DNA from: Octopus bimaculoides
Lineage: Eukaryota
Length of the DNA stretch: 32,689 nucleotides
Assembly: GCF_001194135.2 (NCBI RefSeq)
Contig: NC_068983.1
Location: 32,123,219-32,155,907, forward strand
Reading direction: 5' to 3'
Shown here: positions 11,755-23,134 of the stretch, one piece after another
Layout of the letters: each line of letters opens with the position of its first letter
How positions within the stretch are numbered: position 1 is the stretch's first letter
Notes under the pieces: generated by a model
Database searches by the model: none
What the model saw: the letters and a program-made list of their open reading frames with translations, nothing else
Told to the model about the DNA's origin: nothing
Translations under genes and position numbers: made by a program

Positions 11755-12345
11755 CCCTCCCCCCACTACTAACTTGGTCACCTAGATAGTGGAAGCTATC
11801 AACTACGTCTAGTTTTTCTCTTTGGAATGTGGCAGAAGTTGCTTTCTGCACATTTTCAGTGTTTATTGCTCCTGAACATCTGCCACATACAAAAACTAAC
11901 TTCCTAGTTAACCTTCCTTTGATATTGCTGCACCCCTTATGTGTCTATAGCTTACACTGGGTACATCTTATAGAGTATCTACCTATGCCTTTTCTACAGA
12001 TCGAGCAGGGCCATCTACCTAAAAGGGTTTGTGTTTTGTCTACCTTCCTACTTATTAGGACTCTGGTTTTAGCTAGGTTGACTCTAAGGCCCTTCGATTC
12101 TAGTCCTTGCTTCCACACCTGAAACTTCTCCTCTAGTTCTGATAGTGACTCAGCAATTAGCGCAAGTCATCAGCAAGGAGGAGCTCCCAGGGGCACCCTG
12201 TCTTGAATTCCTGTGTTATTGCCTGGAGGACTATGATAAATAGGAGGGGGCTGAGGACTGAACCTTGGTGGACCCCTACCTCTACCCGAAATTCTTCACT
12301 GTACTCATTGCCAACCCTCACCTTACTAACAGTGTCTCTGTACAT
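11755..12345 (-). mobile_element. RTE-clade LINE RT C-terminal half plus PHD-like cluster
   Basis: VRVGNEYSEEFRVEVGVHQGSVLSPLLFIIVLQAITQEFKTGCPWELL, then GRWPCSICRKG...FVCGRC, then VVDSFHYLGDQVSSGG. Confidence 0.9.
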
Positions 12346-12348
12346 ATA

Positions 12349-12545
12349 CTAGCAGTATAACCCAGCACTGCTCGGGATTAAGCTAGGATTATTAAATGAT
12401 TAAGTCCTTTATTTNNNNNNNNNNNNNNNNNNNNNNNNNNNNNNNNNNNNNNNNNNNNNNNNNNNNNNNNNNNNNNNNNNNNNNNNNNNNNNNNNNNNNN
12501 NNNNNNNNNNNNNNACACACACACAAACATCTTCTGTTTTATAGA
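12349..12545 (-). mobile_element. Short non-autonomous Helitron (interior in an N gap)
   Basis: On minus, the 5' end is a|TCTATAAAACAGAAGATG (12545) and the 3' end is hairpin cccgagcagtgctggg (12361-12376) then ttatactgCTAG|t (12349-12352). Confidence 0.75.
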
Positions 12546-13358
12546 TATTGATATATATATATATGTAGTTAAGTTTATGTCATAAAGTGACCAATGATTT
12601 TGCATCCACAAAGGCTTTAGCCCCGTGGACGTCTTGACAGGCTCTAAAGCCAAAGACAAATGTAACTGTGTTTACTAGCAATGATGGAAGTTTAACATAA
12701 TTAACATTAGGATTGAAACTGAATGGTTTAATTGTAGGGCATCAAGTACATCCAACTGTACTTATATATCTATATAAATTTTAAATAATGTCTGTTATGA
12801 AATACTGATATCTTATTTGGACACAAAGTCACTAAGTTATAGGGAAGTGGAGTAACATTTGATGATATTCAAGTCTTTCTCAACATAACATGAAGTAGAT
12901 TTGCTTCAGCTGCTAATAAAAACTGGTTGGCAGACACGATTCTATGTGATGGGTGGGCGATTACTCTTATTCTACCTCATATAATCATTTGTTTTTTTAC
13001 TTCTGGCGGGGAGGTTCATATTGTATTTTTTCACTTTATTATGGGTTAAATAGAATTGTTTTCTTGATTCATTTTATCTCATTCTACCAGTGATCAATTG
13101 TTATATCAATCTCACCTTTCTTTAAGTCAATAATTACAAAAAAAAAAAAAATAAATAAATAAATAAATAGCTTCTACTTCTAACAAAATAATGGCATCAA
13201 TATATAGTATAATGTTTTTGCTCATAATGACAAAGTTATAAGATGATTAGGTACATTTTCTTCATTTCCATATTTTGTGTGAGGTTAAGAATGTCTGATA
13301 AATTAAAGATGAGCAAATAAATTTATACACAAAACAGCTACTGATAAGTGAGAGGAGA

Positions 13359-13583
13359 TCACGGTAACAGATCATATCCCAGAAGGCAGTCAGCAATGGC
13401 ATCACAAAGGGAAAGTAGCTTGAAAGGTTTATGTTGAGCAAGTTGAAGGGCATGTGGTATTGAGTCTGTGATCCAGAAGTTATCAAAGATATCACTGTCA
13501 ACAAAATTCTTCCAAGAATTTTTAGGAAAAACAGCATGAGTTACATAAGCACTGATAGAAACAGCACCATGTTCAAGCAAAAT
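13359..13583 (-). CDS. PRS4-like: Class II ribose-phosphate pyrophosphokinase, terminal coding exon
   Basis: Acceptor tatattttcag|ATT, phase 0. Reads ILLEHGAVSISAYVTHAVFPKNSWKNFVDSDIFDNFWITDSIPHALQLAQHKPFKLLSLCDAIADCLLGYDLLP* (TGA 13359-61). Matches the plant PRS3/4 C-terminus pattern HGA..VSAYVTH.VFP..SW...FWITDS.P.......PF..LSL...IAD.L. Confidence 0.95.
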   Translation of the reverse strand: MLLEHGAVSISAYVTHAVFPKNSWKNFVDSDIFDNFWITDSIPHALQLAQHKPFKLLSLCDAIADCLLGYDLLP

Positions 13584-13789
13584 CTGAAAATATATAACAA
13601 AAGAAATTGAATAAAACAAAACCAGTAATCTTTTATACTTTATAGAATAAGAGCAACAATTTTTACTTTCATTGCAGTGGTCCTTCAGTTTTTCTGAGCC
13701 CTGTAAAAGAACTTGGAAGGTTGGGCCTCCAACCAGGCCTTATCGCGATACCCTTAAAGCCAGGAACTTTTCAACACCCTCTCGTTGTG

Positions 13790-14090
13790 TGAAGGTAGGA
13801 GTCCATTAATGCATTGTCCTCAGTCCATTCCTATTTATCGTAGTCATACAGGCCATTACTGGGAAACTTAAGACTGACTGTCCATGGGAACTCCTATATG
13901 CTGACAGTCAAATCCTCATAGCTGAATCTATAGTGAAATCAGAGAGGAAATTCTAGGCATAGAAACTAAATATAGAATTGAGAGGTCTTAAGGTGAACCT
14001 AGAAAAGACAAAAATTTTAGTAAGAAGGAAAATGGCATTTTGTGATATGTAGAAAGGGAGTAGGTATAAACTCCTGGACAAAGGTAGAAG
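13790..14090 (+). mobile_element. Degraded RTE LINE RT fragment in the last PRS intron
   Basis: VLSPFLFIVVIQAITGKLKTDCPWELLYAD, then RGLKVNLEKTKILV and ICRKGVGINS, with indels. Confidence 0.75.
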
Positions 14091-14662
14091 TAGGTGCTGA
14101 AATAAAGGCGAGAGTAAGTGAAGGGTGGCATTAGAGGTAGTTCAGAGGGGGTGGGGAGAGAGAGAGAGAGAGAGCTGGACATCAACATAACTTCCATCTC
14201 CAAAATTCCATTCATAAGATATTGATCAACCTTAGATTATGGTGCTTGTGCAATGGTATCAAACCCAGCTCATCACACAACCATGATGCCCTCTGTACAA
14301 GGCTGTCATTATTTAACCCCAGGTCAGTTCTGTGTGAGTAAATCTATGACCAAACCTATGTTCCAGCCTTTATCCTTCCATTTTTCTCGTTTTTTCAGAC
14401 AGTATACATCATTCAAATATCTTTTTTAAGATAGTACAATGATGTTTGCAGACTGAGAGATCATATAGAGGCTCTCTTGTTGGCCCATTAAAAGGTTCAT
14501 AGTTAGCGATAGATCCATATTCAAAAACTATTAACTACACCATTCAGGCCATACAAATTTGCTCAAAACTTTTGACGTAATACCTATCCAAACTTTGTCA
14601 AAACAATTTAGCCCCTGAGACAGATATATTTACAGACATTAGGTTAAAATAATACAACTTAC

Positions 14663-14739
14663 CTTGCCACATTCTTTCAAAGTTCCTCCAGTTAGAACCA
14701 AATCGTCAATTATGATGACAGATTTTCCCTCTGGGTTCC
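14663..14739 (-). CDS. PRS4-like: Class II PRPP synthetase exon containing the PRPP-binding loop
   Basis: ttcccttacag|GG AAC...GGC AAG|gtaagt, 77 nt, phase 1 to 0. Reads (G)NPEGKSVIIIDDLVLTGGTLKECGK, the type I PRTase motif. Confidence 0.95.
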
Positions 14740-14819
14740 CTGTAAGGGAATATAAAATATGAAGCAATAATGTGACAGAAAATTTTTTTATATATGTAGC
14801 TGTGTGCATTTGTTAACAT

Positions 14820-14924
14820 GTGTATGCATGGGTGTGGACATGTGTGTGTAAAAATATATACATATATGTGTATATGTATGTATGTATATACACACACATT
14901 TATACACCATAGCTGTATATACAA

Positions 14925-14977
<53 letters not shown>

Positions 14978-15050
14978 AAGACAGACAGACAGATAGATAG
15001 ACATGTCAAACAGAAATACATGCACACACACACATACACATATGTATATA
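14820..15050. repeat. Compound (CA)n/(TA)n/(GACA)n microsatellite block
   Basis: Direct reading. Confidence 0.85.
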
Positions 15051-15801
15051 TATACAACCTAAACAAGATTACATGTATAAATGGCAATTTGAGAACAAAA
15101 GTGTGCATCATCTCATTTTATATGTGCATATGTGAACATGTGTGTGAATATATTACTATTTTACTGTTTAATCATTTGCATATTGTTCAATCAATTGCTT
15201 TGTACCTTTGGAAGCCCTTCCTAACTGCTAACCATGCCACTGAGCTATGAAACTGGAACAAACTCTGCTTCCTCAGCCAGTCTTACTGAGATAACTGAGC
15301 TGTGCCCCTTACCATGGATAATGCATTATGGCTGTAGGAACACGGTTTTGAACCCATGAACATGAAATAAATAATCTAGCAGTGGAGTTTTGAGTTACAC
15401 TACAGGCCACATGTGACTTCTGTTGAACCTTACCTATGTTGTGCACCATAGCAGAGCATGTGACTCATAGTTTAGATGAAAGATTGTTAATGAAGGCCAA
15501 CACAATGTTATTGAAATAGAAAAAAAAACATTTGGCTTTAATAAAGTATTCACCGTTATTATGATTCCTTTAGGTGGGGTGCGATTTAAGAGTTCTACTC
15601 CAGGTCTACCTCCCTCCAAAGAATTAGTGAATTTGTAAACAATATAACATTTCATTACATACCAAAATCATACCAATCATCTGTATAACATATATTGTTG
15701 TATGTTACTGAATGAGGGATATTACACTAAAGAGATTTTTTTAATGAATTGGAAATCTGTCTGAATAGAATTATTTTACTGAATCCTTAAAGCATTATAG
15801 C

Positions 15802-16029
15802 TTAACCCCTTTGATGTCAACTTACACACAGCCATTTTCAAACTATGATATATATTTCATGTTTTAAAGCTATCTTAATTAAAATAATCTATCAAAATTT
15901 CATATTAACTTATGTTCCAAACACTAGCTTAATAATGACAAAGTAATTTTACTAAATTCTTTGTAATTTCAAAATTAATTGAAATAAAGGCAGTGAATTT
16001 CAGCAGAAATATGGTAATCAAATGGTTAA
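15802..16029. mobile_element. TTAA-flanked MITE (piggyBac-like termini)
   Basis: Left end TTAAcccctttgat and right end atcaaatggTTAA are imperfect inverted repeats with TTAA at both ends, around an AT-rich non-coding interior. Confidence 0.6.
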
Positions 16030-16589
16030 TAAACTACAAAGATTTATTTATGTTGAAATATTGAGTCAAGTTTGAATAACATTGTGAATAAATTTCCCTA
16101 ACATCACAGTAGCCTCCATCATTCTCCTTCACACCAAACACTGCCATCTTGACTAGAAAAACTCTTTCACTGTCAAGTAAGATTTCTTTCAAGACGCAAG
16201 GCCAATTTTGTAAAAGAGAACTACAATCCTACTGATACAGTGTTATCAACTGACCAAGGTGAAACTCTGTTACCACAGTGGCTTTCTTCCTTACTGTCTT
16301 AATTCAGCAAGTAGCATTGTGAAACAAGCTGTCCTGCCATAAAGCAGAGTTCTCTGTCTCTTATAACATGATAACAATTTTTGTGAATATTTCTACTGTA
16401 CAATTATGTTGGTAAAGCTTTAACAAATCTTAATACCTTGTATTCCATCCTTATTTTCATATCAGAGAAAAGTTCATATGGGTAGACTCAAATCCACAGT
16501 TCCAGTGAACAAAGAATAGTAGCTATCCCATTAAGTTGTAGTTTCTAAAAAAAAACTGTATCAGTAATAGAGGTCCTGAAATGACTATC

Positions 16590-16730
16590 TTGCTTCACAA
16601 CCATGTAGTCTTGGGGTTCAGCCCCACTGTGCTGTACCTTGGGCAACTATCATCTACTATGACCTTGAGTGGATTGAAATTTGGAAGACAGAAACAGTCT
16701 AGAAGCTCATTGTGTGTGTGTGTATGCATT
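16590..16730 (+). mobile_element. tRNA-type SINE, partial 5' half
   Basis: B-box-like ggggttcagcccc followed by accttgggcaa...gagtggatt...agacagaaac...agaagc, shared with the copies at 18549, 26801 and 30175. Confidence 0.7.
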
Positions 16731-16964
16731 GTGTGTGCATGTGCATGTGTGTGAGAGTGTTTCATTCCTGTACTTAAAACAATGATGTTGTTGATATTCC
16801 TTAACATAGTGGTTTGACATATATACATTGATAAAATAAGTACCAAACTTAATAATTACTGAGGCTGGTTGATATATTCAACTAAACCCTTGAAGGTAGT
16901 ATCTCACCATGGCTGCAATCCAATAGTCAGTAAAAAACTAAATAAATAAAAGGATACACACACA

Positions 16965-16967
<3 letters not shown>

Positions 16968-17062
<95 letters not shown>

Positions 17063-17085
17063 CACACACACATACATATACATAT
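16968..17085. repeat. (TA)n(TG)n microsatellite
   Basis: Direct reading. Confidence 0.95.
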
Positions 17086-18548
17086 CACACTTAATTTAAA
17101 CTAATTATGTTATTATATTTGCAACAATTATCTCATGATATTTACTGATATTTACAAATATCCTTAACATGACTGCATCTTTAGTTACACATCCATTCTC
17201 AGTCTTCACATGTGTACACACACACACATACACATACAGAGAAAATCTCTGCATTTTTTTATTTCTTATAATGAAATAACACTTTCAATGAGTTTTAATA
17301 TACACTTTGTTGTTTTATATACTAAGACATATTTCAAAAAACACCTCAAACAAATGCAAAGAGAACAGAGGGATGAAAAAAGGTAATAACTACAAGACAC
17401 AGTGATGTCACAAACTTTGCTGCTCATATTCTTCTTCCCCCCCCCCCCCNNNNNNNNNNNNNNNNNACTTCATGTTTAAATCTTTCGACTTTCTGCTCTT
17501 TCTCTTGCCACGTTTACTTTTACTCCTACTCAGTTTCTCACTTTTTAGGATCTTATCTTACTTCCTCTATCTCTTCATTGATCCCTCTATTTCCAGCCTT
17601 CTTTTCTTTGCCTCACTCTCCTTCTCTCTGTATCTTTCCCTTTCACCCTTATCAATGCCAACATAACTACCAACAACTCCACTGCCATATCTAACAGCTG
17701 TTTATTTCATTTTCTATTTGAGTTACTTTCCTTAGCATTACACAAAACACAAAAATAGGTATGTAGGAATGTACTGTTACAATAATATATAGAGAACAAT
17801 GATACAGTGTTTTTTTTAAACGGAAATTGTTTCCAGAAGTAATAATGTTTCTGTCAGGATCCTTCTTTGAAGAGTTGAGAAAAAAAGTGGAACACTGAAA
17901 ATGAAGTTGAAGAGGGTAAAAAGAAAAAGTGAGTGCCAGAATATTAAGCAAATTTATCTCAGTGAAGAAAAAAGGTGGTAGTTAGAATAAAAAGTTAAAG
18001 TTAAAAGAATGTATATTGTTTGATGTATAATGATTCACACTTATGTATGTACATATATTTACACAATCAAGAGAGGAAGGTGTAGGTGTGATGCAAATTG
18101 AAACAGATTCAGTCATTGTATTTTTTACAGTTCGCTTGAAGTCAGGGATCCAACCACAGTGACCTCTTTTGGCGAGCATTCTAGAAACTTCCAAGAATAG
18201 CAAATTTATGCAGAATATGCACAAAATATACATGAAAAGGTAAAAATAACAGCAAAATTCTGAGACACAGAATGTCTGACATGCAAACGTGATAACAACC
18301 GTCCATGAAACTGGAAATTACAGGATGCAAAAATCAAAGTGTTTGAGATGTAATGTTGGCTGCTGAGACATGAGCAGTGGAAAAAGTGTTGTTAGTCTGC
18401 AAGAACTCTAGGTTGCTTGCAGAGGCTGAAATTGCTTTCCTGCTGGAGCAATGAGAAAGCAAATAAAATCATAGAATGTGGTGCATGTGTGTATGAATGT
18501 TGAAACAAGTTAACATAATATACACAATATTCAAAAATATGTACATAT

Positions 18549-19789
18549 AGGCACAGGAGTGGCTGTGTGGTAAGTAGCTTGCTTACGAACCACATGGTTC
18601 CGGGTTTATTCCCACTGTGTGGCACCTTGGGCAAGTGTCTTCTACTATAGCCTTGGGCCGACCAAAGCCATGTGAGTGGATTTGGTAGACAGAAACTGAA
18701 AGAAGCATGTCGTATATATCATCATCATCATCATCATCATCGTTTAACGTCCGCTTTCCATGCTAGCATGGGTTGGACAATTTGACTGAGGACTGGTGAA
18801 ACCGGATGGCAACACCAGGCTCCAATCTAAATTGGCAGAGTTTCTACAGCTGGATGCCCTTCCTAACGCCAACCACTCAGAGAGTGTAGTGGGTGCTNNN
18901 NNNNNNNNNNNNNNNNNNNNNNNNNNNNNNNNNNNNNNNNNNNNNNNNNNNNNNNNNNNNNNNNNNNNNNNNNNNNNNNNNNNNNNNNNNNNNNNNNNNN
19001 NNNNNNNNNNNNNNNNNNNNNNNNNNNNNNNNNNNNNNNNNNNNNNNNNNNNNNNNNNNNNNNNNNNNNNNNNNNNNNNNNNNNNNNNNNNNNNNNNNNN
19101 NNNNNNNNNNNNNNNNNNNNNNNNNNNNNNNNNNNNNNNNNNNNNNNNNNNNNNNNNNNNNNNNNNNNNNNNNNNNNNNNNNNNNNNNNNNNNNNNNNNN
19201 NNNNNNNNNNNNNNNNNNNNNNNNNNNNNNNNNNNNNNNNNNNNNNNNNNNNNNNNNNNNNNNNNNNNNNNNNNNNNNNNNNNNNNNNNNNNNNNNNNNN
19301 NNNNNNNNNNNNNNNNNNNNNNNNNNNNNNNNNNNNNNNNNNNNNNNNNNNNNNNNNNNNNNNNNNNNNNNNNNNNNNNNNNNNNNNNNNNNNNNNNNNN
19401 NNNNNNNNNNNNNNNNNNNNNNNNNNNNNNNNNNNNNNNNNNNNNNNNNNNNNNNNNNNNNNNNNNNNNNNNNNNNNNNNNNNNNNNNNNNNNNNNNNNN
19501 NNNNNNNNNNNNNNNNNNNNNNNNNNNNNNNNNNNNNNNNNNNNNNNNNNNNNNNNNNNNNNNNNNNNNNNNNNNNNNNNNNNNNNNNNNNNNNNNNNNN
19601 NNNNNNNNNNNNNNNNNNNNNNNNNNNNNNNNNNNNNNNNNNNNNNNNNNNNNNNNNNNNNNNNNNNNNNNNNNNNNNNNNNNNNNNNNNNNNNNNNNNN
19701 NNNNNNNNNNNNNNNNNNNNNNNNNNNNNNNNNNNNNNNNNNNNNNNNNNNNNNNNNNNNNNNNNNNNNNNNNNNNNNNNNNNNNNNNN

Positions 19790-19841
<52 letters not shown>

Positions 19842-20055
19842 ATATGTTTGTGTGTCTGTGTTTGTCCCCCCAACATCCCTTGACAACCGATGGTGGTGTG
19901 TTTACGTCCCCGTAACTTAGCGGTTCGGCAAAAGTGACCGATAGAATAAGTACTAGGCTTACAAAGAATAAGTCCTGGGGTCGATTTGCTCGACTAAAGG
20001 CGGTGCTCCAGCATGGCCGCAGTCAAATGACTGAAACAAGTAAAAGAGTAGAGAG
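18549..20055 (+). mobile_element. tRNA-derived SINE (5' half 18549-18718, 3' half 19790-20055) interrupted by a nested LINE-tail repeat and an N gap
   Basis: A-box-like gtggctgtgtggtaag and B-box-like gggtttattcc. The 3' half (gacaaccgatggtggtgtgtttacgtccccgtaacttagcgg...ccagcatggccgcagtcaaatgactgaaacaagtaaaag) matches 30390-30580. Confidence 0.8.
18719..18897 (-). mobile_element. LINE-tail repeat, reverse orientation, nested in the SINE
   Basis: (atc)n gtttaacgtccgctttccatgctagcatggg...ggatgcccttcctaacgccaaccactc; same family as 8780 and 32389. Confidence 0.8.
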
Positions 20056-22023
20056 TATACATAGGTAAGGTCCTGCAAAAGAAAGTGACATGCAAAGAAA
20101 AGTGAAAAAAAACAGACAACAGAAATGCAATACAATGCGCAAGCAAGGAAAAGTTCCAGTCTCTAAAGTAGAGTTCAATGTAAATGGTTTTGGACAGTTT
20201 TTTGCAGCCAATGCACAGTTCTCCCACTGTGTGTGACATAGTGATCAAACTTTCTCACATAAACATGAACTGCTTACTTCCTTTTACTTAACAAATTGTA
20301 CACTTTAAATAGACTTTTCTTAGGTTTGTTTTGCCTTCTTGGTTACATGCTTTTGTATTTTTCACATGCATAGTTTACATGCTTTAACCTTTTTCCTGTC
20401 TTGCATTGTTCCATGTTTGCACACATTCTTTTATATGCCTTGTTGCTACCTATGCCTTAGCTTACTTTTCTGTTTCTCACCTACAGTTCATTCTTTGTTA
20501 TTGACTGTTCTGGTTCTGCCAAGGGAGTGCTGTAGGTGTGACGTAAATTGAAACAGCTTCTGTCATTGTATTATTTACGGTTCACCAGAAGTCAGGGATA
20601 AAATTACAGTGACCTCTCTTGGTGAACGTTCTAGAAACTTCCAAGAATAGCAGATTTATGTCCCTTTTAGTAATACCACTGAGTCATAGAATGTTCTGGA
20701 AGGTCTTTGTTCACCAAGGGGAACCAACAGTCTTTGAGGCTATATATTGGATGGTTGCAGTTCTTTGCCCTCTCTATTTCACTGAATTTCAACCTGAGCA
20801 CATCTGTGTTAGAGAGCAGCTAATCTTGACTACACGTCGCCTAGACAAAAGAAAATGACTTTTTGGAGCAACATTACGCGTCAAGCCTTTCATGTTACAC
20901 AACATGTGTACAGATTTCTCTTACACTACAAGTGAACCCAATTGTAGTATGAAATTCTTTCATACATCTTTCTATTCCATATTTCCATGCAGAATGCAAC
21001 AAGACTAAATTGTATGTAACTTTTCACATTCATGTATAGCTTCATATGAAGCTTACGTACTTGCTCTTAATTATGTTAAATTATTTGTGAAGTTTAAGAA
21101 TGGCTCTTTCATTATTCCAAACCTTGTAACTGTGTTAACAATTAGTAACAGTGGCAGCAAAACACTATAATTAGTGGTAAAAGAAACCCAGCGACATGAG
21201 AAGAGATGGTGGAGATCGAGGCAGTTGAGATTAGGGAACTGGGATTTTTGAATAGCAGTGTGTGTACAAAGAAAGAAAATAACAAAAACACTTGTATATG
21301 TGTACAACAGAACAAATACAAGAATAAAGGACAGTGCCAATGGTTTTAAAATAGAGAAAAAAGGGTTGTAGTTCATAGGAAAAGAACTAAGAGAAAACAT
21401 TTTTATGTATTGTCATACCCATACAAGTCTTTTAAGGCCATTTTCCATTCCTTGACAAAGGTTAGCCTTGTGAATACCATGACAATTTTCTCCATTTTGC
21501 CCTATTTTCTATATTCCATTCAGCAACTCCCTTGCTTTCATTTCCTCCTCCATCACCTTTAAGCATGTATTTCACAGTATCTCCCCACTGCTATTCTGTT
21601 CCACATTCATTTTGTTGATTTTTGCCACCCAGTCATTTCAATCCTTTCTCAGCTGATGACTCGGCCATCCCATCCCATTTCTCTTCACAACATTCACTGC
21701 CACTTCTGATCTCACCATGCTCTGCAATTTATTATTAATCATCCTCTTTTTCTCCAAGATACTCCACCCAACCACTGAAACATTTTCATTTTCATTCTTT
21801 CCAGCTTTCTATTGCTACTCCACATTTATTACGTGTGTTTCATTTCCTTAAGTCAGAACACGTCTCACGCATTCAGTATACATTTTTCTCTCAGTTTTAG
21901 CATCACTCCTCTCGTTAGCACACTATTAAATTCCTGAAACTTCTTCAATGTACATCTGATAGTAGTCATCATCACTCAGTCTGAGCAACCTTTTCCATTT
22001 AATGCTTCCTAGGTGACAAAATA

Positions 22024-22890
22024 CAAAGTGGTATCAAAAAGTTACTGGACTAGTTCTGTAGTGCACCAACAGATGGCAGCACATGGTTGCATGTGCAGTG
22101 ACCTTCATGAGGCAGTATGCCAAGTGATATCGTTGTGTTTACTTAACAAGTTGTGAAATTTGTGTTTTTGTGATCATGCTGTAGTCTGCAATTTTGTCAT
22201 AGACAAGAACAAAGAGCCAATGTGAAATTTTGTGTTAAACTTGAGAATTCTGCTACAGAGACATGAAGACTGCTTTGGCAAGCTTATGACGATGAGGCAA
22301 TGGGTTGTACACAATGTTTTGTGTGGCACAGGTACTTCAGAAGAGGAAGGATATCCCTGAAAGATGATGAGCAATCTGGAAGATGTACCACAAGTGTCAC
22401 CCCCCAGAAAAGTGGTATTGTGCATTGAGAATTCATCCCCCAAGGCCAGACCATCAATCAAAAGTTCTACTGCAATGTTTTGAAATGTCTGAGGGAGGAC
22501 ATTCAATGAAAGCAACCAGATCTGTGGAGCATGAAGAATTGGATTCTTCACAATGACAATGCATCTTGTCACTGAGCTCTCCTCACTTGTGAGTTTTTGA
22601 CCAAAAACACATGGTATTGCTTCTGCACCCACCTTATTCACTAAATTTAGCACCTGTGGACTTCCATCTCAAAAGTCATTGTTTTAACATTGTTGCCAAA
22701 ATCCAGAGTGAATTGCAGAAGGTCCTTGCCTCCTTCATGGAAAACAACTGCCAGGTCAGATTCCAAAAGTGGCAAGGATGCTGGGAGTGGCAAGGTGACT
22801 ATTTTGAAGGAGATGATGTTAAAACTTAGGTAGATATGTTATTTTTTTCATTAAACATAACTAATCCTGGAACTCTTTGATACCACCTCA
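22024..22890 (+). mobile_element. Internally deleted mariner with both TIRs and TA target duplication
   Basis: ta|caaagtggtatcaaaaagttactggact and agtt...ggaactctttgataccacctca|ta are inverted. Remnants include FIPQGQTINQKFYCNVLKCL, WILHNDNAS, LLHPPYSLNLAPVDF and GDYFEG. The first-D (ITGDETW) region is missing. Confidence 0.9.
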
Positions 22891-23134
22891 TATATTTACA
22901 TCTTGAATCTACATTCTACTTTCAAGATTCCAACAATTCCTCCTTCTTTAGCTCCCTCCATACACACTTTCACTTAAATGTAGCTGCCAAATTAGTTAAC
23001 CTCTCAAACCACTACATTTTTCATAAGCCCACCCAGAACATTTTGTATGTTTAAGGAAGTTCACTCTAGTATCCTTTCCATACACAGCCATTTCCTTGTT
23101 CTTTCTTCTTATCTGTGTACATTAAAGGACCTAC

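Noticed and set aside
17691-17951. Minus ORF containing DPDRNII, considered as the PRS PRPP-loop exon
   Set aside because: Lacks the DD..TGGT motif and the phase does not fit; the real exon is 14663-14739.
21400-21950. Purine-rich minus-strand stretch resembling a decayed LINE ORF2
   Set aside because: Too degraded to assign motifs or boundaries by eye.
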